Shown in pieces: positions 1-9,417 of a DNA stretch of 64,000 nt. The notes under the pieces are model-generated. The model did no database searches. It was not told the DNA's origin and saw only the letters and a program-made list of their open reading frames with translations. The position numbers and the translations under genes are program-made. How positions within the stretch are numbered: the first letter of the stretch is position 1; every line of letters starts with the position of its first letter. Source of the stretch: Shigella phage ESh27; sequence record ON528737. One strand, given 5' to 3'.

Positions 1-9
1 GAAACCTCT

Positions 10-204
10 TTGTTAGATGGCTTTTTAGAAAAAAGGTGGTTCAGACATCCGGATTTTGATTGTGCTAATGAAATCTGTGGGTCAACGTGTACATATTGTG
101 AAAGATATTATAAACGTCAATTATCTAAAAATGGGTTAGCAGAAAACTCTATATCTATTATTGATATAACTAACTCTGATGACGCTTTGAGGTACCCGGA
201 ATGA
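10..204 (+). CDS. hypothetical small Cys-rich protein
   Basis: 64 aa ORF upstream of gene 42 with CxxC-type cysteine pairs; no family recognised. Confidence 0.3.
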   Translation: MLDGFLEKRWFRHPDFDCANEICGSTCTYCERYYKRQLSKNGLAENSISIIDITNSDDALRYPE

Positions 205-440
205 TTTCTAGAAAAACTTTTAACCACCAACTTAATGAAGAGATTTTGACTATAAAACTGAACACTAACGAACAAATTCTTAAAAAGGCCCTGATGGGCC
301 TGTTTGAAACTAAAGCGGCTAAAGTGATTAAAGAACCTGTTCAACTAGAATATTATGCTGATGCATTTCTTCATAGTGTTCTTGGAAGTATCGATGCTGA
401 AGCTTTACGTTATATCAACATTGTCAAGAAATTCAAATAA
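201..440 (+). CDS. hypothetical protein
   Basis: 79 aa ORF, same strand as neighbours, 4-nt overlap with upstream ORF. Confidence 0.4.
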   Translation: MISRKTFNHQLNEEILTIKLNTNEQILKKALMGLFETKAAKVIKEPVQLEYYADAFLHSVLGSIDAEALRYINIVKKFK

Positions 441-482
441 GCTTTACGAATTGAGTATATAATAAATTGTATTGAGGTAAAC

Positions 483-1199
483 ATGGGAAAACATAACACA
501 ATGAAATATATCAAAGCCGCAGATTTTCAAACCGCATTTAAAGCAGTCAATCGTGAAATTTTAGAAAACCCGGAATTCGTAACTGATTCTCGTATTGGAC
601 GTTGTAATGAAATTGGGTCTATGACCGTAGTTGTTGACACTCCATCATCATTCAAAATGACCGACCCACGTATTAATCGCATCTCTTATGAATATGCCGA
701 AGACTTCTGGAAGTTTATGATTTCTGGTGGTACCAACGCAGAAGAAGCGTTTAAGGCATATCCTAATGTCGCTAAATTTATTTCTAAACCAAAATCAGAT
801 GTTTTGCCGGCGAACTTCAACACTTTCTATGGTCCTCGCATTGCGGCCCAATTACCAGCTCTTCTCAAAGAACTTAAAGAGAAGCCTAACTCTCGAAGAG
901 TTGTGTTCCAAATTCTAGAAAGTTCTGATCAGGCTTTGCTTGATTCAGACGAAACACTTGAATATCCATGTACTGACTCAGTGACTTATTATATTCGTGA
1001 TGGTAAGCTTTATACACACTGTCATATGCGTTCTCAGAACTGTGCTGTTGTTATGCAGTTGGATTTTTATCTCCAAGGAAAATTACTTCATTATATCGCT
1101 AACGAATGTGGTGTAGAAGTTGGTGATTATACTCATACCATGGTAAGTGCCCATGTGTTTGAACGTGATTTTGATTATGTTAAAGGATTCCTTGACTAA
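483..1199 (+). CDS. 42: dCMP hydroxymethylase (gp42-like, thymidylate-synthase fold)
   Basis: 238 aa; TS-family core pattern incl. candidate catalytic Cys in EYPCTD and DGKL/RSQN block; syntenic with T4 gene 42; a separate bona fide td is at 49191. Confidence 0.8.
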   Translation: MGKHNTMKYIKAADFQTAFKAVNREILENPEFVTDSRIGRCNEIGSMTVVVDTPSSFKMTDPRINRISYEYAEDFWKFMISGGTNAEEAFKAYPNVAKFISKPKSDVLPANFNTFYGPRIAAQLPALLKELKEKPNSRRVVFQILESSDQALLDSDETLEYPCTDSVTYYIRDGKLYTHCHMRSQNCAVVMQLDFYLQGKLLHYIANECGVEVGDYTHTMVSAHVFERDFDYVKGFLD

Positions 1200-2098
1200 T
1201 GGCTATTTTCCGCGTACCAATCTTGAGTATGCGGTCTTATGAAACTGGACAGTATGCTATCCTTAAGGATGGCAACTTCCAACTTCATTTGCACCGTGCT
1301 AATCCAGGCGATGTGATTACATATCCACGTAATGCATCTGATATTAAAGAATGCGAACGTCTTTTCCCGGAATTTAAGTTTGTTCCATTATGGTATAAAG
1401 ATAACGCGTATAACACTCGTAAATATTTCTGGTCTGAAAACGAATTTGTTGTTGATTCATTAATTGCTTATTATGATTGTGATTTTCTAATCACAGATAT
1501 CACTGGATATGACGGCGCTTTTGATGTAGAATTCAATTTCAATATCACTGCAGACCCTAATAAACCACGTTTTTATATTGACGAATTCTTAAAAACCGAC
1601 ATGTTGTCGGTTAATCGTTCACTTCAAACTACTGTGTTGAATGAACGTCAAAAAGAAGTGCTGGTTAACGCAGGTGCAGACGATAATAAGATTATCGTAA
1701 CGCAGAAAGTTATACGTCCTTCCATCATGCAGCGTCTTGTAGGTGATTTGGCTCCTATTCATGTAGATGGTATTTTTCATCCATTTCGAATTAGTGATCC
1801 GTGTTATCATTTTGAACAAGTGGTTGAATGTGCAATTCAATTAGGTCAACCGCTTTATATAACCGATCCAAATAATAGCTTCGACAGAAATAAGTATCCT
1901 GAAGAAGCGCTGATTCGAATTTTTAAACCAACTAAAACTGAGTACTACCAAATTCTTAAAGGACGTCCGAAGATTCAATATTTCGAAAATCCTGAAGAAG
2001 TATTCCATCCAGGTCTTGGTGAGTTCATCTACTTTAATGCTTTAATTTCTTCGCCGTATAATATACCTAAATACGAAGATGTCGTAATCGAGGAATAA
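1199..2098 (+). CDS. hypothetical protein in the beta-glucosyltransferase slot (candidate DNA-modification enzyme)
   Basis: 299 aa; ATG overlaps gene 42 stop (TAATG) and stop abuts next ATG, so translationally coupled; family not recognisable by eye. Confidence 0.6.
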   Translation: MAIFRVPILSMRSYETGQYAILKDGNFQLHLHRANPGDVITYPRNASDIKECERLFPEFKFVPLWYKDNAYNTRKYFWSENEFVVDSLIAYYDCDFLITDITGYDGAFDVEFNFNITADPNKPRFYIDEFLKTDMLSVNRSLQTTVLNERQKEVLVNAGADDNKIIVTQKVIRPSIMQRLVGDLAPIHVDGIFHPFRISDPCYHFEQVVECAIQLGQPLYITDPNNSFDRNKYPEEALIRIFKPTKTEYYQILKGRPKIQYFENPEEVFHPGLGEFIYFNALISSPYNIPKYEDVVIEE

Positions 2099-2099
2099 A

Positions 2100-2648
2100 A
2101 TGGCTAAAATTATTTTAGTAGATGGCCCGGATAATGCCGGTAAAACAACTTTCATTAATGACATAATGGAAATTAGTGAAAGATATGTAAAGATTGATTT
2201 CCCTAAACGAACAGTTGATGGACGTTTCGATGTTAAGTCTCGAAATGAAGTTGGTTGTTTCGAAACGATGTTGAATTATTTAGACCCTACTAAGATTTAT
2301 CTGTTAGACCGTGGATATATTAGTAACTGGGTTTATGGACGTATTCGACAAGATGCGGACTCGGTTCTTGACGTTTATGAACAGGATTATGTTCGTCTTT
2401 GTCAAAACCATGATGTGTTCACAATTATTTTAACACGTAACGAAATGACTGAAAGTTTTGAAGACGACCTTATTACTTTGTCTTCATTCGGTTTTAATAC
2501 AGTCATTTCACATTTTGAAGAGTTTGCAATTCATAACAAAATCCAAACGTATCAATTACTTAATCATGATGGTGCTAACAAAGTTATAGGATTTAATGCA
2601 AGCGAACGTAATGATTTGATTACAGAAATTATCAAATGGGCTCGTTAA
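2100..2648 (+). CDS. P-loop nucleotide-kinase-like protein
   Basis: 182 aa; Walker A GPDNAGKTT and a DRG motif resembling the thymidylate/dNMP kinase DRY/DRS motif. Confidence 0.6.
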   Translation: MAKIILVDGPDNAGKTTFINDIMEISERYVKIDFPKRTVDGRFDVKSRNEVGCFETMLNYLDPTKIYLLDRGYISNWVYGRIRQDADSVLDVYEQDYVRLCQNHDVFTIILTRNEMTESFEDDLITLSSFGFNTVISHFEEFAIHNKIQTYQLLNHDGANKVIGFNASERNDLITEIIKWAR

Positions 2649-2666
2649 GAGCCTGTTTAAAGTTTT

Positions 2667-2694
2667 AAATGCTGTATAACCCTTAGTATATAAT
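2667..2694 (+). promoter_or_regulatory. candidate MotA-dependent middle promoter for uvsX
   Basis: MotA-box-like TGCTGTA 2670-2676 about 12 bp upstream of -10 TATAAT 2689-2694. Confidence 0.4.
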
Positions 2695-2747
2695 CATCTT
2701 ATCTTTTAAACGTGAGTAAAATATAATGATGCCTATGGAAAAATACA

Positions 2748-3920
2748 ATGTCTGATTTAAAATCTCGTCTGATTAAAGCTTCTACTTCTAAAATGACTGC
2801 AGACTTGACTAAGTCTAAGCTGTTTAATAATCGTGATGAAGTCCCTACTCGTATTCCGATGTTGAATATTGCACTAGGTGGTGCTCTGAATGCAGGATTG
2901 CAATCAGGCTTGACTATTTTTGCTGCACCTTCTAAACATTTTAAAACATTGTTTGGACTAACTATGGTTGCAGCGTATATGAAGAAATATAAAGATGCAA
3001 TCTGTTTGTTCTATGATTCGGAATTTGGTGCTTCGGAATCTTACTTCCGTTCGATGGGTGTTGATTTGGACCGCGTAGTTCATACACCAATTCAGTCTGT
3101 CGAACAACTTAAAGTCGATATGACTAATCAGCTTGATGCTATTGAACGCGGTGATAAAGTTATTATCTTTATCGATTCAATCGGTAATACTGCATCTAAG
3201 AAAGAAACCGAAGATGCATTGAACGAGAAAGTTGTAGGTGATATGTCTCGTGCTAAGGCACTTAAATCTCTGTTCCGCATTGTGACTCCTTATCTGACTA
3301 TTAAAGATATTCCGTGTGTTGCAATCAACCATACAGCAATGGAAATCGGCGGACTATATCCTAAAGAGATTATGGGTGGTGGTACAGGTATTCTTTACTC
3401 TGCTAACACTGTATTCTTTATCTCTAAACGTCAGGTTAAAGAAGGTACAGAATTGACCGGTTATGACTTCACGTTGAAAGCAGAAAAATCTCGTACGGTT
3501 AAAGAGAAATCTACTTTCCCGATCACGGTTAATTTTGATGGCGGTATTGACCCATTCAGCGGCTTGTTAGAAATGGCAACTGAAATTGGTTTTGTGGTTA
3601 AACCTAAAGCCGGTTGGTATGCTCGTGAATTCCTTGACGAAGAAACAGGTGAAATGATTCGTGAAGAGAAATCATGGCGTGCTAAAGCTACTGATTGCGT
3701 AGAATTCTGGGGACCGTTGTTTAAACACAAACCTTTCCGAGATGCAATTGAAACTAAATATAAACTAGGTGCTATCTCTTCTATTAAAGAAGTTGATGAC
3801 GCTGTTAACGATCTTATTAATTGCAAAGCAACAACTAAAGTTCCGGTTAAAACTTCTGATGCTCCATCTGCAGCAGATATAGAAAACGACCTTGACGAAA
3901 TGGAAGATTTCGATGAATAA
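2748..3920 (+). CDS. uvsX: UvsX RecA-like recombinase
   Basis: 390 aa; N-terminus MSDLKSRLIKASTSK and acidic C-tail; RecA core with P-loop-like APSKHFKT; matches T4 UvsX length. Confidence 0.95.
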   Translation: MSDLKSRLIKASTSKMTADLTKSKLFNNRDEVPTRIPMLNIALGGALNAGLQSGLTIFAAPSKHFKTLFGLTMVAAYMKKYKDAICLFYDSEFGASESYFRSMGVDLDRVVHTPIQSVEQLKVDMTNQLDAIERGDKVIIFIDSIGNTASKKETEDALNEKVVGDMSRAKALKSLFRIVTPYLTIKDIPCVAINHTAMEIGGLYPKEIMGGGTGILYSANTVFFISKRQVKEGTELTGYDFTLKAEKSRTVKEKSTFPITVNFDGGIDPFSGLLEMATEIGFVVKPKAGWYAREFLDEETGEMIREEKSWRAKATDCVEFWGPLFKHKPFRDAIETKYKLGAISSIKEVDDAVNDLINCKATTKVPVKTSDAPSAADIENDLDEMEDFDE

Positions 3921-4254
3921 TCTCGATGATTTGAATCTAGAAATCGTTGATGAATCCCCTTCTTCGGAAGGGGAAGACATTCGCAAAGAACGAGTGTTTA
4001 ATGAATCTCTTAAAATTATCCGTTCAGCAATGGAAAATGTCATTCAAGAGATTCTGATTACACTTGAAGACGGTTCTCATCATATAGTCTATATTACAAA
4101 ACTAGACTGGGTTGATGGTAAAATCGTAATGGACTTTGCAGTTCTTGACCAGGACAGAAAAGCAGAACTTGCGCCGCATGTTGAAAAATGTGTTACAATG
4201 CAGGTACAACAAGCTTTTAATGAACGAACCAAGAAAAAATTTAAATTCTTTTAA
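3913..4254 (+). CDS. 40: gp40-like head vertex assembly protein
   Basis: Synteny between uvsX and 41; ATG at 3913 overlaps uvsX stop; ORF-track start 3892 is a TTG. Confidence 0.5.
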   Translation: MNNLDDLNLEIVDESPSSEGEDIRKERVFNESLKIIRSAMENVIQEILITLEDGSHHIVYITKLDWVDGKIVMDFAVLDQDRKAELAPHVEKCVTMQVQQAFNERTKKKFKFF

Positions 4255-4263
4255 GGAGTTATC

Positions 4264-5706
4264 GTGGTAGAAATTATTTTGTCTCATCTCGTATATGACC
4301 AGGCTTATTTTTCTAAGGTCTGGCCTTATATGGATTCTGATTACTTTGAGCGTGGACCGGCAAAAAATGTCTTTAAAATTATAAAGAGCCACGTTAACGA
4401 ATATAATGCAATGCCATCCATCAATGCATTAAAGGTGGCTTTAGATAACAGTTCTTTAACTGAAGCCGAATATAAAGGAACTTCAGACCTAATTGAAAAA
4501 TTGGCTGATACTCCTGAAGACCACGAATGGTTGGTTAAAGAAACTGAGAAATATGTCCAGCAAAAAGCGATGTATAATGCCACGTCCAAAATCATTGAGA
4601 TTCAGACTAATGCCGAACTACCTCCAGAACAACGTAACAAGAAAATGCCTGACGTAGGAGCTATTCCTGATATTATGCGTCAAGCACTTTCAATTTCGTT
4701 TGATAGTTATGTTGGTCACGACTGGATGGAAGACTATGAAGCACGCTGGCTTTCTTATCTAAATAAAGCACGTAAGGTCCCGTTCAAATTAAACATTCTG
4801 AATAAAATCACCAAAGGTGGTGCAGAAACAGGTACACTGAACGTTTTAATGGCTGGTGTTAACGTTGGTAAATCTTTAGGCCTTTGTTCACTTGCCGCAG
4901 ATTATCTTCAAACAGGACATAATGTTCTTTATATTTCCATGGAAATGGCTGAAGAAGTTTGTGCTAAGCGTATAGATGCAAACATGCTTGACGTATCACT
5001 CGATGATATCGATGATGGTAACGTATCTTATGCTGAATATAAAGCCAAGATGGAAAAATGGCGTTCAAAATCCACATTAGGACGTTTAGTAGTCAAACAG
5101 TATCCTACTGGTGGAGCTAATGCTAATACATTCCGTGCATTGCTTAATGAATTGAAACTCAAGAAGAACTTTGTGCCGTCTGTAATTATAGTCGATTACT
5201 TAGGTATTTGTGGGTCTTGTCGTATCAGAGTTTACACCGAAAATAGTTACACATTAGTTAAAGCTATCGCAGAAGAACTTCGTGCATTAGCAGTAGAATC
5301 TGAAACAGTTCTATGGACTGCAGCTCAAGTAGGACGTGCAGCATGGGATGCTTCAGACATGAACATGAGTGATATCGCAGAATCAGCAGGTTTACCAGCA
5401 ACGGCAGATTTCATGTTGGCCGTAATTGAAACTGAAGAACTTGCACAAGCTGAACAACAACTTATCAAACAAATCAAATCACGATACGGTGATAAGAATA
5501 AGTGGAACAAGTTCTTGATGGGTGTACGTAAAGGCAATCAGAAATGGGTTGAGATTGAGCAAGAAGGCATGAACACACCTAACACAGTAAATGAAAACGC
5601 AGGTGCTCAGATGCGTCAGGCAGAGGTGAATCGTACGGAACGCGTAGGTAAAGCCAAAGCAACACGTGCTGACCTAGATAGCTTAGCCAATGAGTTAAAA
5701 TTTTAA
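4264..5706 (+). CDS. 41: gp41 replicative DNA helicase (DnaB-like)
   Basis: 480 aa; Walker A GVNVGKS; N-terminus MVEIILSHL; GTG start; T4 synteny. Confidence 0.9.
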   Translation: MVEIILSHLVYDQAYFSKVWPYMDSDYFERGPAKNVFKIIKSHVNEYNAMPSINALKVALDNSSLTEAEYKGTSDLIEKLADTPEDHEWLVKETEKYVQQKAMYNATSKIIEIQTNAELPPEQRNKKMPDVGAIPDIMRQALSISFDSYVGHDWMEDYEARWLSYLNKARKVPFKLNILNKITKGGAETGTLNVLMAGVNVGKSLGLCSLAADYLQTGHNVLYISMEMAEEVCAKRIDANMLDVSLDDIDDGNVSYAEYKAKMEKWRSKSTLGRLVVKQYPTGGANANTFRALLNELKLKKNFVPSVIIVDYLGICGSCRIRVYTENSYTLVKAIAEELRALAVESETVLWTAAQVGRAAWDASDMNMSDIAESAGLPATADFMLAVIETEELAQAEQQLIKQIKSRYGDKNKWNKFLMGVRKGNQKWVEIEQEGMNTPNTVNENAGAQMRQAEVNRTERVGKAKATRADLDSLANELKF

Positions 5707-5710
5707 TAAA

Positions 5711-5734
5711 AAGGAGACTTCGGTCTCCTTTCGG
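5711..5734 (+). terminator. intrinsic terminator after gene 41
   Basis: GGAGAC-TTCG-GTCTCC hairpin 5713-5728 followed by TTT. Confidence 0.6.
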
Positions 5735-5735
5735 G

Positions 5736-5772
5736 GTTTACATCTTCCTCTAGTCATGATATGATGTACTTA
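5736..5772 (+). promoter_or_regulatory. early (sigma70-type) promoter
   Basis: -35 GTTTAC 5736-5741, 18 bp spacer, -10 TATGAT 5760-5765; directly after gene 41 terminator. Confidence 0.5.
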
Positions 5773-5794
5773 CACCAACCAAGAGGAAAACATT

Positions 5795-6169
5795 ATGAAT
5801 ATGTCTCAAGCAATTTTTACTGCAATCACCGAAAACACAACTGTTGAAGTAGTTTCTCCGCTGGCAACCTACGTTATTCTTGCTCCTAAAACTATTGTAT
5901 CTCGTATGGAAAACATGGGCAAACGTATCGTACAAATCGTTGGAGCCGGAAATCAAAAACTTGATTATCTGCGAACCATCAAAGCTTATGAACATTTCCA
6001 ACTAGAAAAAGGTTCTCCCATCCAGGTAGAACTCGTAAATGGTGATATCGTTCGAGCGATGTTCCATCATTTCTACGCATTGAATGACCCATCTAAAGCT
6101 GTTCGTTTAATTGCATACGACGCAAACCAAAACGAAATCAACGCAGATATATCTAAATTACGTTTTTAA
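5795..6169 (+). CDS. hypothetical protein
   Basis: 124 aa ORF with SD (AAGAGGAAAA) after early promoter. Confidence 0.5.
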   Translation: MNMSQAIFTAITENTTVEVVSPLATYVILAPKTIVSRMENMGKRIVQIVGAGNQKLDYLRTIKAYEHFQLEKGSPIQVELVNGDIVRAMFHHFYALNDPSKAVRLIAYDANQNEINADISKLRF

Positions 6170-6205
6170 GTTTACTTCTCCGGTAGTTGTGTTATTATAG
6201 ACCTA
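6170..6205 (+). promoter_or_regulatory. early promoter
   Basis: -35 GTTTAC 6170-6175, 17 bp, -10 TATTAT 6193-6198; followed by AGACCTATCAA. Confidence 0.5.
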
Positions 6206-6224
6206 TCAACTACTGGAGAACAAA

Positions 6225-6542
6225 ATGAAAACCATCGATTGTAAAGCAGAATTTAAGATTTTTTATCACGGTTCAAGTAGTTCAGCTAACATCGAAAACA
6301 TGCTTTGTCCTCCTGAAGAAACAGGAGTTCTGTCTGAAACTGGACGTAAGAAAAACTTGGATCGTGTATTCTTTACTGAAGATATCGGTTTAGCAAAGAT
6401 TTATGCAGGACGAGCAGCACGCTCTTATGGAGGTGAACCACGTCTCTATCGAGTAATTTCTCCGGTAGACGTAGTTCAAATGAATGATACTAAAGGTGCT
6501 ACAGTTTATCACGCTGAATGGGCATTTTGCGAGGAAATATGA
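6225..6542 (+). CDS. hypothetical protein
   Basis: 105 aa ORF with SD GGAG upstream. Confidence 0.5.
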   Translation: MKTIDCKAEFKIFYHGSSSSANIENMLCPPEETGVLSETGRKKNLDRVFFTEDIGLAKIYAGRAARSYGGEPRLYRVISPVDVVQMNDTKGATVYHAEWAFCEEI

Positions 6543-6730
6543 GCAAATTAACTAAAATTACTTTTATTGGCTGGTTTAAAAGCGGTGAGATGTTCACTAA
6601 AGATATCATGTTATCAGGTGATCGTGAAGAAATCGAGTGGGTTACGGTACAACTTGCTGAAGTGAACAACGCATTAGTTAAAGCATTTGTTAATGACGAG
6701 AAAGTTTTTGAAGCAGACTTCAGAGGTTAA
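6539..6730 (+). CDS. hypothetical protein
   Basis: 63 aa; ATG at 6539 overlaps upstream stop (ATGA). Confidence 0.4.
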   Translation: MSKLTKITFIGWFKSGEMFTKDIMLSGDREEIEWVTVQLAEVNNALVKAFVNDEKVFEADFRG

Positions 6731-6731
6731 T

Positions 6732-6944
6732 ATGTATTCAACTGTGTTTAAACCATCAACATACGAATTTGCATCAACTACACAATGGAAAGCTCTTATT
6801 CTGGAAGGATGGGAACTAATGATGGACTGTGAAGCATCTGAAAAGTTTCCACACGGCAAAGTGGACTTCGTTAAATTTGCTGTACGTCCGACTAAACGTC
6901 AGATTCGTCAAGAAAAACGCAAATTTCGCAAAAGTTTAAAATAG
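6732..6944 (+). CDS. hypothetical protein
   Basis: 70 aa; ATG directly after upstream stop. Confidence 0.4.
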   Translation: MYSTVFKPSTYEFASTTQWKALILEGWELMMDCEASEKFPHGKVDFVKFAVRPTKRQIRQEKRKFRKSLK

Positions 6945-6946
6945 CT

Positions 6947-6985
6947 GTTTACAAGCACCACATACTGTGTTACTATCTTTCTATC
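6947..6985 (+). promoter_or_regulatory. early promoter
   Basis: -35 GTTTAC 6947-6952, 18 bp, -10 TACTAT 6971-6976. Confidence 0.5.
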
Positions 6986-7004
6986 AACTACAGAGGAAAT
7001 TGAA

Positions 7005-7373
7005 ATGAAAAAATTAATCGCTTTAGCAATGGTATTTGGATTAACCGGATGTGGTGCTCATGGCTTTATCCCTAATAATGTCGGCCAATTGATTTATAAC
7101 CCGAATGTTAAACAGTACAACCAACCTAAAGTTGAAGTGGAAGACCCGGTTACTGTAGGTAATCGAATGATTCAAGCTGATGCCCATGCTCAACGTTATC
7201 GTGATTCTGATACTGTAGCATTGACAAAAGAACAACGCGTTAAAGAACATTGCTTACAGGCTACCGAAATCGCATTCATTCGCTATGTTGAAACAACTGG
7301 TAAAGAGCCTACCCAGAAACAAATCGCGAATAACTACGTCCAGTGTATTGAACGTTTAAACAAATTTAATTAA
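7005..7373 (+). CDS. putative lipoprotein
   Basis: 122 aa; signal peptide with lipobox LTGC. Confidence 0.55.
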   Translation: MKKLIALAMVFGLTGCGAHGFIPNNVGQLIYNPNVKQYNQPKVEVEDPVTVGNRMIQADAHAQRYRDSDTVALTKEQRVKEHCLQATEIAFIRYVETTGKEPTQKQIANNYVQCIERLNKFN

Positions 7374-7377
7374 TTGG

Positions 7378-7415
7378 TTTACGCCAAAGTTAAAACAAGA
7401 TACTATAAACATAAC
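7378..7415 (+). promoter_or_regulatory. early promoter
   Basis: -35 GTTTAC 7378-7383, 18 bp, -10 TACTAT 7402-7407. Confidence 0.45.
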
Positions 7416-7434
7416 AAATCAAGAGGAAATTAAC

Positions 7435-7683
7435 ATGGAATTATTCGTAGCTAGTTCAGTAGCAGTTTTAATCGCAGGTATTGGTTCAATCATCATTTAC
7501 ATGTTGCCTTGGGTAATCGCACTTATTCGTGGCACAAAAAGCACAACAGCAATCTTCTTTGTATCTTTGCTCTTTAACTGGACGATGGTTGGTTGGATTG
7601 GAACTTTAATTTGGTCTATCGTTGCCGAAAAGAAATCTGCTCAGCAGCCTCAACAAGTAATTATTATTCGCGAAAAAGAATAA
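7435..7683 (+). CDS. small membrane protein
   Basis: 82 aa with two hydrophobic helices. Confidence 0.5.
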   Translation: MELFVASSVAVLIAGIGSIIIYMLPWVIALIRGTKSTTAIFFVSLLFNWTMVGWIGTLIWSIVAEKKSAQQPQQVIIIREKE

Positions 7684-7687
7684 ACTT

Positions 7688-7725
7688 GTTTACATTATAG
7701 ATGGACTATAGTATAGTAGTCCTAT
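7688..7725 (+). promoter_or_regulatory. early promoter within inverted repeat (PeSL-like)
   Basis: -35 GTTTAC 7688-7693, -10 TATAGT 7712-7717 embedded in GGACTAT...TAGTCC palindrome, then TATCAAA. Confidence 0.5.
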
Positions 7726-7746
7726 CAAATCAACTAAGGAGTTAAA

Positions 7747-8040
7747 ATGAAAAAGTTATCATTGGCAGCAATCTTACTTGCAGTATCGTGTGCACCGGCT
7801 CCAGTTACAGCAGGTTATGATAAAGACCTCTGTGAGTGGTCAATGACTGCAAATCAAGAAGATGTTGAACAACAAATCTTCTCTGATATCATGAACATCA
7901 CTAAACGAGACCGTCCTAATATGGTTAATAAAGTTGTTGAACAACTTAAGTCTGGCGGTATCATGCAGTACAACTATGTTTTGTATTGTGACCCTAATTT
8001 CGATAACAAAGATATCATAACCGAAATCACAGGTGAATAA
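7747..8040 (+). CDS. sp: spackle-like periplasmic protein (Sp)
   Basis: 97 aa with cleavable signal peptide; size and position between 41 and 61 match T4 sp. Confidence 0.55.
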   Translation: MKKLSLAAILLAVSCAPAPVTAGYDKDLCEWSMTANQEDVEQQIFSDIMNITKRDRPNMVNKVVEQLKSGGIMQYNYVLYCDPNFDNKDIITEITGE

Positions 8041-8041
8041 T

Positions 8042-8692
8042 ATGATTTATTATATGCACAAAAACGCGCCATTTAAATATGGTAAATTTCCTAATGCACA
8101 ATGTTATAATATAACGCCGAATGAAAATAATAACGGATACCATATTGGTGTAATTTTTGTAATTGTTAAAGATAACGAAATCGTTGCCTGGGCAGATTTT
8201 AAAGGTACAACGTATGACGTTAATCCGGTTCCGTTCACATATTATAATTTAATGGATTTGGCATACGACTATAATTGGTTTACTCATGATACTCTGGCAC
8301 ATGTTGAAGGCGTAGGATTTGACATCTCTTATTCTAGTTATTCATTATGTCCTATGAGCCGAGCTCACGGTAAAGATGTATCATATCTTTCAATTCGGAA
8401 ACGTGTAAACTTCAAACGTAGTACAGAGTATGTTGGTGGACTCTTTGTTAAAGATAATAAAATAACCCGTATTAGTTATCCTTTAAGTGTAGGTCAAAAA
8501 GATGTTGATGTTGATTTAGACTTAACTGAAAATAACATTAATCACATTGCTTCTGTATATTTTGATATCGATGAAAAAATTGTAGTGTGTGGATACGAAT
8601 TACCACCTGAAGAAAAGGCTGAAGCAATTGAAGTCGAATTAGAAATTTCTGTTGATGACCAAATATTTAATGCATTTATGAATCGAGGTTAA
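8042..8692 (+). CDS. hypothetical protein
   Basis: 216 aa; ATG 8042 immediately after sp stop. Confidence 0.5.
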   Translation: MIYYMHKNAPFKYGKFPNAQCYNITPNENNNGYHIGVIFVIVKDNEIVAWADFKGTTYDVNPVPFTYYNLMDLAYDYNWFTHDTLAHVEGVGFDISYSSYSLCPMSRAHGKDVSYLSIRKRVNFKRSTEYVGGLFVKDNKITRISYPLSVGQKDVDVDLDLTENNINHIASVYFDIDEKIVVCGYELPPEEKAEAIEVELEISVDDQIFNAFMNRG

Positions 8693-8693
8693 A

Positions 8694-8891
8694 ATGACTA
8701 CTGCAATTTGCACTGGTTCTAAAATTAGTGTTTTTACAAGTTTTGAAGATTATGAAGTTGTTTCAAAACACCAATGCCATATTAGCGTAAAAGCTAATGA
8801 TGGTGTAATTTGGAATATTCCACACTATGAAGACACTACATATGAAGTCACAGATGCGAACGGTGATAAAGCGATCTTTGTGATTGATTAA
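8694..8891 (+). CDS. hypothetical protein
   Basis: 65 aa; SD GAGG upstream. Confidence 0.4.
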   Translation: MTTAICTGSKISVFTSFEDYEVVSKHQCHISVKANDGVIWNIPHYEDTTYEVTDANGDKAIFVID

Positions 8892-8910
8892 ATATACTCA
8901 GGAGGTACCT

Positions 8911-9378
8911 ATGGGTATTATTAACACTGCAATAGATTCAGTTTATGCATATAAGTTTATTCGACTAATGCAAAAACCTTTTACAGAATGGAAAGCGTAC
9001 GAAGCCAAAATAATCGACGAACGTGGAAGTGTTCTTAAACGTCCTTCTACTCCCGAAGAGAAAGCGGCTTATACACCTTTTCATGCTTCAGTTCGTTCAA
9101 TGAAGCGAATGATGAGCACTGTTCCAGGACTTAATGGAATGGCCTCAATGATGTCTGCCTGGAGTGCTGTAGCATCCCGCTATAACATTACAGAAGAACA
9201 GCAGAAAGAAATATTTAAAGAACTCCCTTTATTTGAGGATATGGTGGCTGGTGATTCAGGTGGCAGTCCTCAAGCTATTGCATCAGGAACAACTACAGGT
9301 GCAGTCGTAAATAAAGGTCCAGAACAAATTCCTTCCAAGAAAAGAAAGCGAATTAAAGTAAATATCAATAAGTTGTGA
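8911..9378 (+). CDS. hypothetical protein
   Basis: 155 aa from ATG 8911 preceded by AGGAGG. Confidence 0.5.
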   Translation: MGIINTAIDSVYAYKFIRLMQKPFTEWKAYEAKIIDERGSVLKRPSTPEEKAAYTPFHASVRSMKRMMSTVPGLNGMASMMSAWSAVASRYNITEEQQKEIFKELPLFEDMVAGDSGGSPQAIASGTTTGAVVNKGPEQIPSKKRKRIKVNINKL

Positions 9379-9417
9379 TATGATGGCCTTATTAATTTAA
9401 GGCCTCTGGAGAATACT

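Noticed and set aside
483-1199. Reading the TS-fold protein as thymidylate synthase
   Set aside because: A canonical td is present at 49191-50051; synteny with uvsX/40/41 matches gene 42
3461-3826. 121-aa antisense ORF within uvsX (similar antisense ORFs inside 42, 41, 39, rIIA, 52, nrdA, nrdB, rnlA, pseT, cd)
   Set aside because: Lie opposite well-supported conserved genes, lack start signals; treated as spurious
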